Positions 1 to 12,050 of a DNA stretch of 64,000 nucleotides are shown piece after piece. The notes under the pieces were generated by a model. The model was not told the DNA's origin, ran no database searches, and saw only the letters and a program-made list of their open reading frames with translations. The stretch is from Epiperipatus broadwayi (Eukaryota; Animalia; Onychophora). The position numbers and the translations under genes were made by a program. Where the stretch lies: positions 7,316,001 through 7,380,000 of the forward strand of contig JAQFVV010000003.1 of assembly GCA_028023455.1 (NCBI GenBank), in the 5' to 3' direction. Positions within the stretch are counted from its first letter, which is position 1. Each line of letters opens with the position of its first letter.

Positions 1-142
1 CACATAGATGGCACTGTGAAATTTGGGCTTTAGATTCGAACTTAGTATATCTAGAAGGCAACCCCTCCTAGAATGTTCAGTTTCGTGTCTGGGGTTTGAA
101 TTCTGCAGTGTGTTAGCGAGATAGACGATTCTGACTGTTACA
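1..142 (-). mobile_element. LTR fragment of a short-LTR Gypsy-type family (cut by window edge)
   Basis: The reverse complement begins TGTAACAGTCAGA and aligns along its length to 39209-39350 (TGTAATGGTCAGA...CACAGTGCCAC). It abuts an (AT)n run. Confidence 0.7.
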
Positions 143-160
143 ATATATATATATATATAT
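143..160. repeat. (AT)n microsatellite, insertion site between two LTR elements
   Basis: Pure AT run between the LTR end at 142 and the Gypsy 5' LTR. Confidence 0.9.
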
Positions 161-1931
161 TGTGATGATCACACATACTGCGGTCACACATATAAATATT
201 AAACATTCAAAGAATATTAAATATTATGTTTGGAAGAAAAAAAAATAAAAAAAGAAAAAGCGAGCTTGGAAAAATTTACAGAACAAAGAAATGTTTCAAC
301 TAATTAAAAAAAAGAGAGGGAATTAGAATCAAAAGATTCTTATCTTTTACCCTCCAAAGTTCGGGTTTTGGTGAAATTAAAATATAAAATTAGAGATATT
401 GGAAATGTATGTTAAAAAATAAAGCGATAAAGAAATATAAATAAAATGCAAGTTAAAATCCGATTTTGAAAGAAAGTAAAGTTTAAAAAAAAAAAAAAAA
501 AACCTTAAATAGCGCGCAAAACAGAGAAAGTTAGACATGATCAAAAGATAAGGATCTGGGTTTTAAAGTACACATTTGACGATAAACGAAATGCATGTAT
601 GGAGTGTATTTGAAGCAGGATATAGACAGAAATAATAAATGCTTGTCCAAATTTAAAAAAAAAAAAAAAAAAAAAAACATGTATTAAAATCTGTTTAATT
701 AAAATCAAGAATATTGAAATAAATAAAGGTACATAGTGCTACGAGAGTGGGTAAAACCAATTTACATATGGCCGAAGGCATAGTAAGAAAGAAGGTGTGA
801 ATAAAAGTGAAACAAAGGATCGGAAGGACAAAGGCTGGTGGAATTTTTTAATTAAAAAAAAAAAGTTTTTCAAGAGAGATTAGAGCTAGAGACTTCGTGT
901 TGAGAGGGTGGTAAAACACAGCTCCGATAATCAACCGATATAGTTAACAAATATGACTTTTAACATCGGTGCTTCATCTAGAATGGCTGGCTAAGGCCAT
1001 CGTGATCGCTGGTCGATCCGGACTTACTGTACTAATGGTTCTTGTCAAGATGTAATAACCGCCGTCGTAGCGCCTGCCGGTGGATTCATTTAGTTGCCTT
1101 GTCCTCGATGCCTTGTCCTTTCCTTGCCCCCCCTCCATGATGCCTTAACACTGAGAAGCTATACACAACCAAATCTAACCTACGAGCGACCGTCCCTCCT
1201 AAAGAAGTGGAGAAATCCACGTGGCGGTCGGCAGGACGTCGGATAAATTCAGAGACTAAAACCTAGGTAAAGATACATACTATTTTTTATATATTTCAAT
1301 GTGCACATCGTTTACTTAGACAATGGCCACATGCTTTTTGTGAATGATAAAGACATTCTTGAATTTTTTTTTGATAAATACCCAGAATGACGATTTATAA
1401 ATGTACCATCATTTATAAGAGTTTTTTTTATGTGTTCTTTTTCTTGTAGCACTATAGATCATAATCTGTTTTATTTAATGTTAATGTGTTTTATAGATCT
1501 TTTTTATGATTGATTTATTCTATTAAATATATTTTTTTCTATTTAAATCTGTCTTGTCTCGTTCTTCGCCACGTCCAAAAAGGGATAGTCTAGTCTTAGG
1601 GTGGGAAAACTATTATTCATTTTTTTTTGATTATTGAATTAACACGTGAAATTTGGTGGTGCAGTGTTTGATTCCATTAAATTTATAAATCATCCAAGCG
1701 CTGTAACTCTGTCAGATCTTACAGCAGTCGGGAGAAAGTTGATCGGGAAATATAACCTGGGGCTATATCCGTATAGCATACAGGTTCGGTCAAATACGGA
1801 GATAGACTCGTCTATTTCCGTATTTCTCTCTGCTTGCGGTAACGGAAAGTGGACGATTTTGAATTATAGAATTCCCCATTATGTACACATAAAAGGGAAG
1901 TTTAGCCTTCGATCGTCATGTGCCCGTTACA
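156..1931 (+). repeat. 5' LTR
   Basis: About 98-99% identical by eye to 8562-10336. Ends ...CCCGTTACA just before the PBS. The outer end reads TATAT instead of TGTAA. Confidence 0.95.
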
Positions 1932-1936
1932 TATTT

Positions 1937-1954
1937 TGGGGGCCAGTCCGGGAT
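1937..1954 (+). promoter_or_regulatory. Primer-binding site, tRNA-Pro type
   Basis: TGGGGGCCAGTCCGGGAT matches the tRNA-Pro PBS TGGGGGCTCGTCCGGGAT at 16/18 and lies 5 nt after the LTR end. Confidence 0.85.
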
Positions 1955-3238
1955 CTGAAATTTCTGCGCAATTAATAATCACGTGTTAAATAATTTCATA
2001 AGATAACGTAAATATTTTCTAAAAAAAGAATATATATATATATATGTGTGTTTCAATATATATAAAATTAGCATTGTAAGTTAAAGTGGCGAGAAGCGAA
2101 GACGAAGGGGATAGGTTTTATTTTATGATACTCTATATGAGCGTTTCACGTCAAATGTGTACAAAGAATAGAAAGAGGGGGGAATTATTTTTTTGTTATT
2201 ATTACGAAAGTTTGAAATGCGCAGTGAGGGATATAATCGGAGACAAGAATATTTAGACAAGTTGTAATGAACAAAGAACTGATTATATCAAATGATTGCT
2301 GTAATGTAATATAAATCGTTTCAAAAAAAAAAGAAAGAGAATAACACAAAGTTTCATGAAAGTTTACGCTAAATAATAGAAAAAAAAAATAGTCGCATAG
2401 CCCAGTAAAGTTAAAGAATAGATTATCTGGATGTAATTAATTAACGAAAACATAAAATAGTTAAGTTAGAAATAGTGAAACAGTTTCAGTAATGTTGTAG
2501 TTATAAAGGTTAAATGATTAAAATAGTCGAAACTAAGTTAGATGAAGAAAGATATATGTGTGAATTAATAATCACGTGTCCTAGTTAAGCGGAAAATAAA
2601 ATATTTAATGATAAAAGGAATTCGCGTGTATAAGTTAAATTGAAGAAACTATAAGTATTGTCGCGTCTTTTAGTTAAGTGAAAATATATATATATATGTG
2701 TGATTCTAGAATAGTCGCATGTGTAAGAGAAAAAAAAATATATGTGTGTATGATCTTGCTTAAAACAGCCGTAACCTTAAGTGGCCGAATTTTATAAACG
2801 TAGGAGTAGAAAAATATATATATCGGAAGGGTAATGTTGGAGATACAGTCAAATAAAATGAATTTATAATGTATATCGTTAACAGAGGAACGAGTATAGT
2901 ATTTAAGTAAGTTAAATTTAAAAGAATATATAAGTGCATCATTTAATTGAGGTATAGGGGTCAGAGGTAGATGAGTGGGGAAAATAGAGGACAATCATCA
3001 AGGTGGACAGGCAGTCGGGTGAATCTAAGGCAGGCGAACAAGAGGATGAACCAGAGTGCGGATGTTTGGGTTGGCTAGCGATCTGAATGCTAATCGATAA
3101 ATAATACAGATACTAAAGTTAATCAAAGTGAAAACATAAAGTCAGTCAAAAGAAGTTGGGTATAAGTCGAGTCAGAAGAGGTCAATAGTAGTAATAATCA
3201 TTCCAGATATAAAGAAGGGTTAAATAAAAATCATATTT

Positions 3239-4498
3239 ATGCGTACAAGGGCTCAAGCCAAAATGGAACGTCAAGAAGAGGAAGTAAAAGAAGGAAATGA
3301 AGAGGAGATGAAAGTAAAGGATACAATAGCCTATGGTAATATCATGGATATGTTAAAGCAAATGAGGGTGGAGCAAGAACAATTCATGAAAGAATTCGTG
3401 GATAGACAAGAGAGAAGGATAGAAGAATGGATGGTAAAGGTAGAAACAGACAACCGGAAAAGAATGGCTGAAGTCAGGGAAGAAATGAGAAATGAGGTCA
3501 TCCAGCAATCAAAGGCTAAGGACACATGGGATGGATTTCACCAAGAGATTAAGAGGGATGAACAAAGGAGTATGGGGCCATGTGCATATGAGGAATCAGA
3601 AATAGTTGAGGACAGAGGTAGAGAGTCAGCAAGATTGGATTGGGAGAAGGACATAGGGTGACCAGAAAGGGAGATAAGACAGTTAGATGAAGAGGTGGAA
3701 GTAGTTAGAGTGGAGGATCATAGAATGATGATGATGAGCATACAGGAGAATTTAAGTCAGGTGGTGAAGGTAGTAGCAGGGTTAAATACAAAAGTTGAAG
3801 AGAGTATAAGGAGGTCAGCCAATAGCAGCACCAATACCAACATAGAGGGCATAGGACCAAGAACCAGTGGAGAATGTAGAATGGTGGGATCTGGAAATTG
3901 CATGGATTATCCTGTGGGCTTCCACCAATTTCTGAAGATCCAAGTCTTCGCTGGAAACCCTGGAGAAAGCCCGATGGAGCATTTGAACAGCCTGGAACGG
4001 TACTTCAAATTCGGTAGAATGAGTGAGGAGGCCAAGATAGCAGTCGCCTGCAGCCATTTGCAGGGCGAATCTCAAGTCTGGTGGAACTCACTGTTCCAGA
4101 AACCCATCACATTTGCAGGATATCATAAAGCATTGAAGACCAGTTATTGGAGTGAGGAACTCCAAGAAGATATGTTGCATCGGATAAAACAGGATAAATG
4201 GAGACCGGAGGAATCATTTATAACATTCTTCCATCATCAAGTGGCTAAGTTACGAATGATGACTGCAAATCCATTATCTGAGATGCAGATACTCCGGATA
4301 ATTAGGCCCAGGTTTCCAAAGGATATAGAATGAACTCTAATCAGTACAGAGAGTAGAAAGTCAGTGGAACAGATGGCGGAACTGTTGATCGCATTGGACC
4401 ACAGTAGAGACTGAGTAGAGCTTCCGGAGGCCAAAGGGAGGGAAAAACAGCAGCAGGTACAAGTAGCAAACCTAGGTTATGGAGGAGATAGAGAAACA
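3239..4498 (+). pseudogene. gag: gag (N-terminal coiled coil plus capsid-like domain), interrupted by in-frame TGA stops
   Basis: ORFs 3239-3661, 3695-4333 and 4499-4945 share one frame, separated by TGA codons (3659, 4331, ~4412). Capsid-like segment: FAGNPGESPMEHL...HLQGESQVWW...YWSEELQ. Confidence 0.85.
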
Positions 4499-7400
4499 TT
4501 GGAAATGGCTCTTCAGAAATGTCCAAAATTAATGATTGAGGTGGAAGGACTTGTGGTCAATGCACTATTCGATTCAGGAAGTCAGATCTCTGTTATGTCT
4601 CAGGAAACATTTGGCAGGTTAAAGGATGGCTGTGCAGGACTCAGGATGCTGCCATTAAAATCGGTTCAGGTACTGTTGGCGAACGGAAAAAGGGTAAAGC
4701 TGGAGTCCCAACAGGTCTACGTAAGGATAGATATTGCAGGAGAAAGGTTTGACCATGTATTGGTGATCTTGGATGGGTTGATCCATGACATTGTGTTAGG
4801 TTCCGATTTCATGCACAAGGTGGGATGCATACTGAACTATAAACAGGGCTATACTGAGATAAATGGCACACGGCTAAACTTTGTGAAAAAAAACAAGATG
4901 ATAGAGGGGTTTATCAGGGAGAAATGCTTGCACAGAATGCATTGATGGAGATAGAGTGGGAACATATAGTGGGTGAATCGACGTTGATAGATAATGACCA
5001 GAGGGATAGGCTGAGGAAGATTCTCGCGAGGAATAGCATGGTGTTCTCAGAGGTCCCGGGAATCATTCAAGGTTATGAGCATCGGATAAGACTTATGGAG
5101 GACCAGCCATATCGGGCTCGCGCTTATCCGATACCATACCAATATAAGCAAGAAGTTGAGGCACAGATAGATATGATGCTAAAATGGGGGGTTATCTCAA
5201 AGTGTTCATCACCATTTAATAATCCTATTGTGACAGTGAAAAAAAAGGATGGATCCATCCGATTATGTTTGGATGCGCGGCACCTGAATAAGATAACTAT
5301 TCCAGACATTAATGCTCCACCCCCTATAAGCGAGGTACTCACAAGATTTAAAGGGAAAGGGGTATTTTCGACGTTCGATTTGACGGCCAGCTACTGGCAG
5401 ATCAAGCTACATCCTAAAGATAGGAAATACACGGCATTTAGATATGATGGACATGCATACAACTTTAATAGGATTCCATTCGGATTGAGAAATAGTGGAG
5501 CAGGGCTTGTCCGATGTTTGGATCAAGTATTAGATGATAAAATAAAGAGCTTCATAAATAAAGAGCTTCATTGTGATATATGTGGACGACATTGTCATCG
5601 CGTCTGAGAATATCAAGGAACATTTCAAACATGTGGAAGGGTTCTTGGAGGAATGTAAAGGAAAAGGCATCAGGATTAATCTAAACAAAAGTCACATAAT
5701 GACAATGGAAGTCAAGTTCCTGGGCCATATCATTAGTGAGAAAGGGATAGTACCAAACCCGGAGAAGATCGAGGCCATCCAGGAATTTCCAACTCCTCGG
5801 AACAGAAAACACATTAAATCGTTTCTGGGTTTATGTAACTTCTATAATCGGTTTTATAGAGGGTTCTCATTGGATATGGAGCCACTATTACATTTGCTGA
5901 AAAGGGAAACACCATGGACATGGGGGGAACAACAAGAACAGAGCTTTCAGAGAGTAAAGGCAGGCTTTTTGGAAACAGTTACGTTGGCATACCCGGACTT
6001 CAGCAAGACTTTTTTCGTACAAACCGATAGTAGCGGGTTCGGATTAGGAGCCACGATGTTCCAAATACAGGAGGGAGGTCAACACAGAGTCCTTTGTTTT
6101 ATTAGCCGGTTGCTGAAAGGCCCGGAACTTAATTATACCGTTACAGAGAAGGAGGCTCTCGCGGTAATATGGGCGTTCAAAAAATTCCGGCAATACTTGG
6201 TTGGATCAGACATTGTGGTATTGACCGATCACCGCAGCCTTGAGTTCCTAAATCACAGTTTTCTGGCTAACAATAGGTTGTTGAGATGGAGCTTGTTCCT
6301 ACAAGAGTTTAACTACAAGGTAGTGTATTGCCGTGGGACAGAGAATGTTGTGGCCAATACGCTTAGTCAGTATCTAATAGCAATGAGTCAACACATGAAA
6401 TGTGATGGTGCATACATCACGGTTACTGAGATGTATGGAGAACCCAAGATAGCAAGTGAAATGCATAATTTAAAGGAACACCAAAGGAAGGATCGGGAGT
6501 GCAGACAATTGATAGAACATTTACGGCATCAATCTGTATCAGAGATAAAGGGAAACACCCTGTGGCAGGACCGAAACCACTTCTGCATGAAGGGAGGAAT
6601 CTTACAATGGATGCTCAAGCGAAGGAAGCAGACACGCATCATCATGCCCAGGGCCTTGAGAAAACAGACCATTCAGTATGTCCATGAAACATATGGGCAC
6701 TATGGGAGAAACAAAGTGGAAAGTTGCCTTAGACATTGGTTCTACTGGCCAGGAATGCATGATGACATTGCCAGTGTTATTAGAACGTGTGACACCTGCG
6801 CTCAAACTAAACCCCCTAATGTATCAGGAGTAGGATCATTACAGCCCATATACACCGATCAGCCGAACCGTATATTAGCCATCGACTTTTATGGTCCATT
6901 GCCGGCTTTTAATAAGAAGTACCTACTGGTCACGTATGACCTCTTCTCAAAGTTGGTGGCTGCATATCCAGTCACGCAAGCCAATTCTAAGCAAACTATT
7001 AAGGCCCTTGAGCAACAACATTTTTAAAATGGTGGGAATTCCTACTCAGATCTTATCGGATCACGGTACACCATTTACGTCACATGAGTGGAAGAAATGG
7101 ATCACTAAACACAGAGTAAAGCACACATTGACGTCGATCCATAATCCTCAGTCGAACCCATGTGAACGGGTCATGAGAGAGCTCGGGCGTCTGTTTCGTG
7201 TATATATATCGGATGACCATCGTATGTGGGTGAAGGAAACCCCACGTATAGTAAACATGATCAATTGTGCAAAGAATGAGTCCACAGGTTTTGAACCCAT
7301 TCGGCTACATTTTGGGAAACATATCCCATGCCCATTTAATGGTCGATTACCTGTAGGAACCAAAGCAATAAATAGGAGAAGGGACATGGAGCAAGCACGT

Positions 7401-7685
7401 AATCAGATGGAAAGGATGGGTGAAATAAGAAGGCAAAGGTTCAAGGGGGTGGAAAATCAATTCAGGATCGGTGATAAGGTCATGGTGAGGGTGCACCCTG
7501 TAAGTTACCCAGCGCAAAATATATTTAAGAAGTTCCAACCCATTTATGAAGGACCATACATGATCCAAAAGCTGTATGGGAATAACGCCTTTGTCATAGC
7601 CCAGGGAACAGAGGAAAAAGGAGTATACAATGCTCGATCACTAAGGCTATTCAATAGAGAAAGACAACCACCAGATAAGACTTAA
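4499..7685 (+). pseudogene. pol: pol (aspartic protease, reverse transcriptase, RNase H, integrase) with three frameshifts
   Basis: Motifs: LFDSGS (protease); SPFNNPIVTVKKKDGSIRLCLD and YVDD at 5579-5590 (RT); TDSS/TDHRSL (RNase H); HHCC, IDFYGP, SDHG and ERV (integrase); YEGPY. Frameshifts at ~4930, ~7015 and a 16-bp tandem duplication at 5540-5571. Confidence 0.95.
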
Positions 7686-8546
7686 GGGCAGTCACAGATA
7701 AAGGAAGGATTTACTGATAACAAGATTGGAAATGGAAATGGACCACGAGTCATGGAGACTGGACTGTAATATTGATCCTGATAGCATAAAGAAATGATGA
7801 GCCGATAAGTGGAAAAAGGGATGAAGGACATTATGATAAAATAAGAAAGCATATGATAAATAATAGTGTGAGGTCATAGATAGAGGCTGAAGGCATGTAG
7901 GTTTAGATATTGGTAGATAGGTCTGAACAGTATTTGGTGATGCCTTCTTCGTTATTCATTCATGTATGTTCTGCAGTGCACCAAATCTTATCGTACAGAG
8001 AACACAGGGACAGAGATCCCATTCTCATAATGACTCACTGGATTAAGATTTCCAGTTAGATATTGGACAGATATCGTGAGTCAATGGTTCAGAGACCAGT
8101 CTATGGGGGAAAGAACCCCTTGTATAAATTAAGAGCTATCAGAAAATATACTGAGCTTATGGATGAGTTGGACGAAAAGATGCCAGCCTCCCAACCCACC
8201 TCGGTAATAGTGACCAGAGTTGGCACTTAGGGGTTTATCATTTGCAGGATGTGATGTATGAACAGGTTTAATCGGGTCACAGAGATATCCTGTGGATCCG
8301 AACCTGTATATACGAGTATGAGGCAGGAATAAAATGCATGTAATGCTAATGACAAGATTAAATTGGTTCGGCAATGCTGGTTGGGTCATCAAGAAAGAGA
8401 TGTAATTTACCTGGTCACCTCTCTAGAGATTAACCTCATCACTAAATCATATTAGGAATGCGTAAATCTAAAAGGTTTGAACAGTAGTTGGGAGCATCTA
8501 GCGTTCGATGCAAAAATTAAAAATTTTTTTTTACAAAAAAAATTTT

Positions 8547-8561
8547 AAAGGAGGGGAACGG
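8547..8561 (+). promoter_or_regulatory. Polypurine tract
   Basis: AAAGGAGGGGAACGG immediately precedes TGTAA at the start of the 3' LTR. Confidence 0.9.
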
Positions 8562-10331
8562 TGTAATGTGATGATCGCACATACTGCGGTCACACATATA
8601 AATATTAAACATTCAAAGAATATTAAATATTATGTTTGGAAGAAAAAAAAAAAAAAGAAAAAAGCGAGCTTGGAAAAATTTACAGAACAAAGAAATGTTT
8701 CAACTAATTAAAAAAAGAGAGGAATTAAATCAAGGAATTAGAATCAAAAGATTCTTATCTTTTACCCTCCAAAGTTCGGGTTTTGGTGAAATTAAAATAT
8801 AAAATTAGAGATATTGGAAATGTATGTTAAAAAATAAAGCGATAAAGAAATATAAATAAAATGCAAGTTAAAATCCGATTTTGAAAGAAAGTAAAGTTTA
8901 AAAAAAAAAAAAACCCTTAAATAGCGCGCAAAACAGAGAAAGTTAGACATGATCAAAAGATAAGGATCTGGGTTTTAAAGTACACATTTGACGATAAACG
9001 AAATGCATGTATGGAGTGTATTTGAAGTAGGATATAGACAGAAATAATAAATGCTTGTCCAAATTTAAAAAAAAAAAAAAAAGAAAAACATGTATTAAAA
9101 TCTGTTTAATTAAAATCAAGAATATTGAAATAAATAAAGGTACATAGTGCTACGAGAGTGGGTAAAACCAATTTACATATGGCCGAAGGCATAGTAAGAA
9201 AGAAGGTGTGAATAAAAGTGAAACAAAGGATCGGAAGGACAAAGGCTGGTGGAATTTTTTAATTAAAAAAAAAAAAGTTTTTCAGGAGAGATTAGAGCTA
9301 GAGACTTCGTGTTGAGAGGGTGGTAAAACACAGCTCCGATAATCAACCGATATAGTTAACAAATATGACTTTTAACATCGGTGCTTCATCTAGAATGGCT
9401 GGCTAAGGCCATCGTGATCGCTGGTCGATCCGGACTTACTGTACTAATGGTTCTTGTCAAGATGTAATAACCGCCATCATAGTGCCTGCCGGTGGATTCA
9501 TTTAGTTGCCTTGTCCTCGATGCCTTGTCCTTGATGCCTCGTCCTTGATGCCTTAACACTGAGAAGCTATACACAACCAAATCTAACCTACGAGCGACCG
9601 TCCCTCCTAAAGAAGTGGAGAAATCCACATGGCGGTCGGCAGGACGTCGGATAAATTCAGAGACTAAAACCTAGGTAAAGATACATACTATTTTTTATAT
9701 ATTTCAATGTGCACATCGTTTACTTAGACAATGGCCACATGCTTTTTGTGAATGATAAAGACATTCTTGAATTTTTTTTTGATAAATACCCAGAATGACG
9801 ATTTATAAATGTACCATCATTTATAAGAGTTTTTTTATGTGTTCTTTTTCTTGTAGCACTATAGATCATAATCTGTTTTATTTAATGTTAATGTGTTTTA
9901 TAGATCTTTTTTATGATTGATTTATTCTATTAAATATATTTTTTCTATTTAAATCTGTCTTGTCTCGTTCTTCGCCACGTCCAAAAAGGGATAGTCTAGT
10001 CTTAGGGTGGGAAAACTATTATTCTTTTTTTTTTATTATTGAATTAACACGTGGAAATTGGTGGTGCAGTGTTTGATTCCGTTAAATTTATAAATCATCC
10101 AAGCGCTGTAACTCTGTCAGATCTTACAGCAGTCGGGAGAAAGTTGATCGGGAAATATAACCTGGGGCTATATCCGTATAGCATACAGGTTCGGTCAAAT
10201 ACGGAGATAGACTCGTCTATTTCCGTATTTCTCTCTGCTTGCGGTAACGGAAAGTGGACGATTTTGAATTATAGAATTCCCCATTATGTACACATAAAAG
10301 GGAAGTTTAGCCTTCGATCGTCGTGTGCCTG

Positions 10332-10336
<5 letters not shown>
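8562..10336 (+). repeat. 3' LTR
   Basis: Starts TGTAATGTGATGATC, ends ...CCTGTTATA (ACA in the 5' LTR), and is followed by (AT)n. Confidence 0.95.

Positions 10337-10372
<36 letters not shown>
10337..10372. repeat. (AT)n microsatellite
   Basis: Pure AT run flanking the 3' LTR. Confidence 0.9.
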
Positions 10373-10374
<2 letters not shown>

Positions 10375-10689
10375 AAATATTAACACAATGTTGCAAAGTG
10401 TAAAATGAATTCTGGTAATAATCATTGATACCATACTTATTTAACAAATGACTGATGGCTACTGTATGCATTAAAAAATCATAAATTATTAAAATATAAA
10501 TGCTGCAATTTTTGAAGATTAAAACTTCTAAGATTCAATTATTATACAATGATATAATTTCATTTAATATTTACTGTAATATATGTTTTGTAATGTTTAG
10601 ACTAACATATTTCAACTATTTACATTTTCTCTATTTGTGATGTCATCTGATGCACTGTAGCTTCTACTTTTCTGAAGTTAAGAATCTCT

Positions 10690-12050
10690 CAGCCATTATG
10701 CCCAGAGAAACCTGTTAACCACCTTACCTTCTCTTTCCATTTCCCACCCTATGTTTTCCCTATATTCTTCTCTATCCTGCTCCATCCCCATTTCCACAAC
10801 CTAATCTTTGTCAACTCTATGGCCTTTATATCAAAATCCGCCTTTTCTTTTCCCAAACCCAGCATAAAAACCAAGAACCCACTGTCTGTATAATCACTTT
10901 GTTTATATTTATTCTTCCTCAACTTTATTATTTGTACTCTTTCTGCTTGTGGACATTTACATTTAATTAACAGATGCATAATATTTTCTATGCCTTCATA
11001 ACTTGCAGATTAAATCACCCATATTTTCCCTTTATGTATATATTCTCTTGTTACTAAGATTCTGTTCAAGTCTTAAACAGTGAACTACTTTCCTTGCTAT
11101 TATCATAAATAAAATCGCACCCAATATTCTGTTTACTTCTATATATATTTAAACTTGTTTTACTCTCCATACTAGTTCTCCATCTCTCCAACTCCTTATT
11201 TTTTATTAATGCATCTATCCATTCTTCTATCCCACTCCTTGTTACTATAACACTCAACAATTCTCCTAACACAATCATCCAACCTTTTGTATAAATATAT
11301 TGACATAAATTCTTTATGCAAATCTTCTGCATACCATACTATTCTTCTCACCTATCTTGTTGCTTGTCCTTTACTCATAACCCAATTAAATACTATTTTG
11401 GCTATTCTTTTATTATCCATAACTTGTAGTCTACCAAACATTTTCATTTTTGCATCTCTCATATAAAAACTTGACCATCCTATTTCTCCTTGAATTGCCT
11501 CCATTGCCATCCACACATCTGACTTTCTCTTTAAATGATCTACACTTAGAAATCATTTTCTCATCTCTTTTATCACATTTACACATGGTCTACATAACCA
11601 TACACCTGTTACATCCTCACCTGTTACATCCTTCCTAGTCTTATTTAAGCATTTGATATGATAAATCTCGTCACATAGAGTACACTTTACCACAGCACAC
11701 CTAATTTCTTTCTGAACATTATATCTATATATATTGTGGGATACAAATGCAATCCGCATTCCTTATTTTTCCAGGTCCTCTACTCTATATTTAACTTTAT
11801 GCTTTCTCTACTACTCTTCAAACCCCTTTATACTACAAAAAAAACTTTTCCTTTTGTCAATAATAATCAATAAACACGTGTTTTCTAATCTTACGCCTTA
11901 AAAATGTTATCTTCTTTTTCAAATAAATCACTCTCTTAAATTAAAAAATTATTTAATAGCAAACCATGTACTACCTAGTTTTAAAATCCCCTTGCATTAA
12001 CACACACAAAAACAATTTTTTTTTTTTTGCTTTTTATATTTAAGATGGCA
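10690..12050 (-). mobile_element. Internally deleted non-LTR retrotransposon (PHD finger joined to ORF2 C-terminus), inserted in an LTR
   Basis: ORF 11553-11759 has a PHD pattern (CTLCDEIYHIKC...WLCRPC). The same frame continues AIQGEIGWSSF...RLQVM, then WRTSMESKTSLNIYRSK...YDNSKESSSLFK and HLLIKC. The 5' boundary is approximate. Confidence 0.7.

Larger units (their letters stand above)
156..10336 (+). mobile_element. Full-length, disabled Ty3/Gypsy LTR retrotransposon
   Basis: Two ~1.78-kb near-identical direct repeats, a PBS, a PPT, and gag plus PR-RT-RNaseH-IN in Gypsy order. Flanked by (TA)n on both sides. Confidence 0.97.

Noticed and set aside
1646-1975. 109-aa ORF (and its copy at 10051-10383)
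   Set aside because: It lies in the LTR U5 region, has a GTG start, runs across the LTR boundary with different ends, and has no recognisable domain.
4880-4945. Programmed -1 frameshift between protease and RT
   Set aside because: This is not the usual position for Gypsy recoding and no downstream structure is evident. A 1-nt deletion is simpler.
156-10336. Apparent paradox of young LTRs but a multiply broken ORF
   Set aside because: The LTRs themselves show several CpG transitions and indels, so three stops and three frameshifts in 4.4 kb are compatible with decay after insertion.
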